Shown here piece by piece: positions 63,317 through 64,000 of a stretch of 64,000 bases of DNA. Location of the stretch: positions 1,113,021 through 1,177,020 of the forward strand of contig CP070780.1 in the NCBI GenBank assembly GCA_020346285.1, read 5' to 3'. The notes beneath the pieces were generated by a model. It did no database searches. It worked only from the letters and a program-made list of their open reading frames with translations, and was not told the origin of the DNA. Each line of letters starts with the position of its first letter. Within the stretch, counting starts at the first letter, position 1. The position numbers and the translations under genes are program-made. Source of the stretch: Candidatus Omnitrophota bacterium (GTDB lineage Bacteria > Omnitrophota > Gorgyraeia > JABMRN01 > RBG-13-46-9).

Positions 63317-64000
63317 GACATTTTGGAATATTTGGACATCATATGCCACATATTACTTTGGAAAAGTAAATTTAAGTATAGTTGTTCCTGCGCTATTGGC
63401 TACATATAAAGACTTGAATTTATATAGTGTTGGGCTGGTGTCGAGCGGATTTTTCTTTGCCTACGCACTGGGCCAGTTCTTGCACGGTCAAATTTCAGAG
63501 CGATACAATCCATTTGTGTATATTTCGTTGGGGCTTATTAGCTCAGCGATTATGAACCTGATCCTTGGGTTTTCTGCTGGTTTTTTCATAATATTATTTA
63601 TAGGAGAGACTCTTGATGGTTTTTTTCAATCAATGGGATGGTCATCTTGCGTAAGAGCAAATGCCTTGATACAAAAGGCTGAAGATAGGGAAAGGTCATC
63701 CACAGTATTGGGAACATCATATCAGGTAGGTAATTCTGTGGCTTGGTTGATATCTGCTTTTGCTGTGGGTCATTGGGGTTGGCAAGCAGGTTTCTGGGTG
63801 GCAAGCATTTTCCTGTTGGCAAGAGGGATATTGTTGTTATTGACAAAACCAAAGATAGAAATAGCGCCCCCTCAAAAAGTGAAAGCGCAAGTAAGAAATA
63901 CTTTATCCTTTCCGATTGTATTGAGCGGTGTATCATTATGCTTACTAAATATGGTCAGGTTCGGAGTTATTACATGGATACCGTTATATTTATTTCAGAA
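63303..64000 (+). CDS. MFS transporter, organophosphate:phosphate antiporter (GlpT/UhpC-like) family, 3'-truncated by the window end
   Basis: The ATG at 63303 overlaps the upstream stop. LGQFLHGQISERYNPFVYISLGL parallels GlpT (G.VSDRSNPRVFL). GFFQSMGWSSCVRA parallels GWFQGMGWPPCGRT. Multiple TM segments follow, and the frame is open to nt 64000. Confidence 0.6.
   Translation, partial: MKNNKTFWNIWTSYATYYFGKVNLSIVVPALLATYKDLNLYSVGLVSSGFFFAYALGQFLHGQISERYNPFVYISLGLISSAIMNLILGFSAGFFIILFIGETLDGFFQSMGWSSCVRANALIQKAEDRERSSTVLGTSYQVGNSVAWLISAFAVGHWGWQAGFWVASIFLLARGILLLLTKPKIEIAPPQKVKAQVRNTLSFPIVLSGVSLCLLNMVRFGVITWIPLYLFQ

Noticed and set aside
1-64000. CRISPR arrays, tRNA/rRNA genes, IS elements, integrases or phage genes.
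   Set aside because: I saw no regularly spaced direct repeats, no tRNA-like cloverleaf candidates in the short intergenic gaps, and no transposase or integrase motifs (DDE or tyrosine recombinase) in any frame. The only repeats found are the gene-fragment duplications described in the findings.

Overview
This is an AT-rich bacterial segment, roughly 35-40 % GC with several GC-richer blocks, and it is almost entirely coding. Positions 1-1563 hold two plus-strand genes: a 5'-truncated DegT-family aminotransferase and a GT1 glycosyltransferase. They converge on a four-gene minus-strand unit at 1603-5476: a B12-binding radical SAM protein, an ArnC/DPM1-like GT2, a DegT aminotransferase and a cupin protein. 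A divergent promoter region at 5477-5758 carries a near-consensus sigma70 promoter (TTGACA-17-TGcTATAGT). From 5759 to the window end there are about 50 co-directional, tightly packed and often ATGA/TGATG-overlapping genes that together form one giant glycan biosynthesis and tailoring locus. It is headed by a GbsR/MarR-type regulator. Its recognisable content is: a pseudaminic-acid-like module (DegT, SDR dehydratase, PIG-L deacetylase, CMP-nonulosonate (NulO) synthetase, WbqC, a NeuB-like synthase lacking the SAF domain, PseG-like hydrolase) and a legionaminic/neuraminic-like module (PtmE-like CBS-nucleotidyltransferase, a second CMP-NulO synthetase, NeuB with SAF, hydrolysing NeuC 2-epimerase); six DegT-type PLP enzymes and at least six extended-SDR epimerase/dehydratases; ten radical SAM enzymes (five class-B B12-binding, five SPASM/twitch); a thiamine-diphosphate carboligase set (two ALS/YerE-like, a PDH-E1 alpha/beta pair, a split transketolase); a sulfation module (an unusual pyruvate-kinase::ATP-sulfurylase fusion plus two sulfotransferase-like proteins); three SAM methyltransferases, one TylF-like; GT2 and GT1 transferases and three paralogous large TagF-like/HP-motif putative transferases; an MsbA/PglK-like ABC exporter, a FemAB-like protein, a LicC-like cytidylyltransferase and an OPA-family MFS transporter. 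I found no rRNA, tRNA, CRISPR array, transposase or integrase. Gene-fragment relics (an SDR C-terminus, a methyltransferase 3' end) and 51-nt direct repeats flanking the TylF-like gene indicate past cassette recombination. All functional calls rest on motif-level reading of the supplied translations; no database search was possible.
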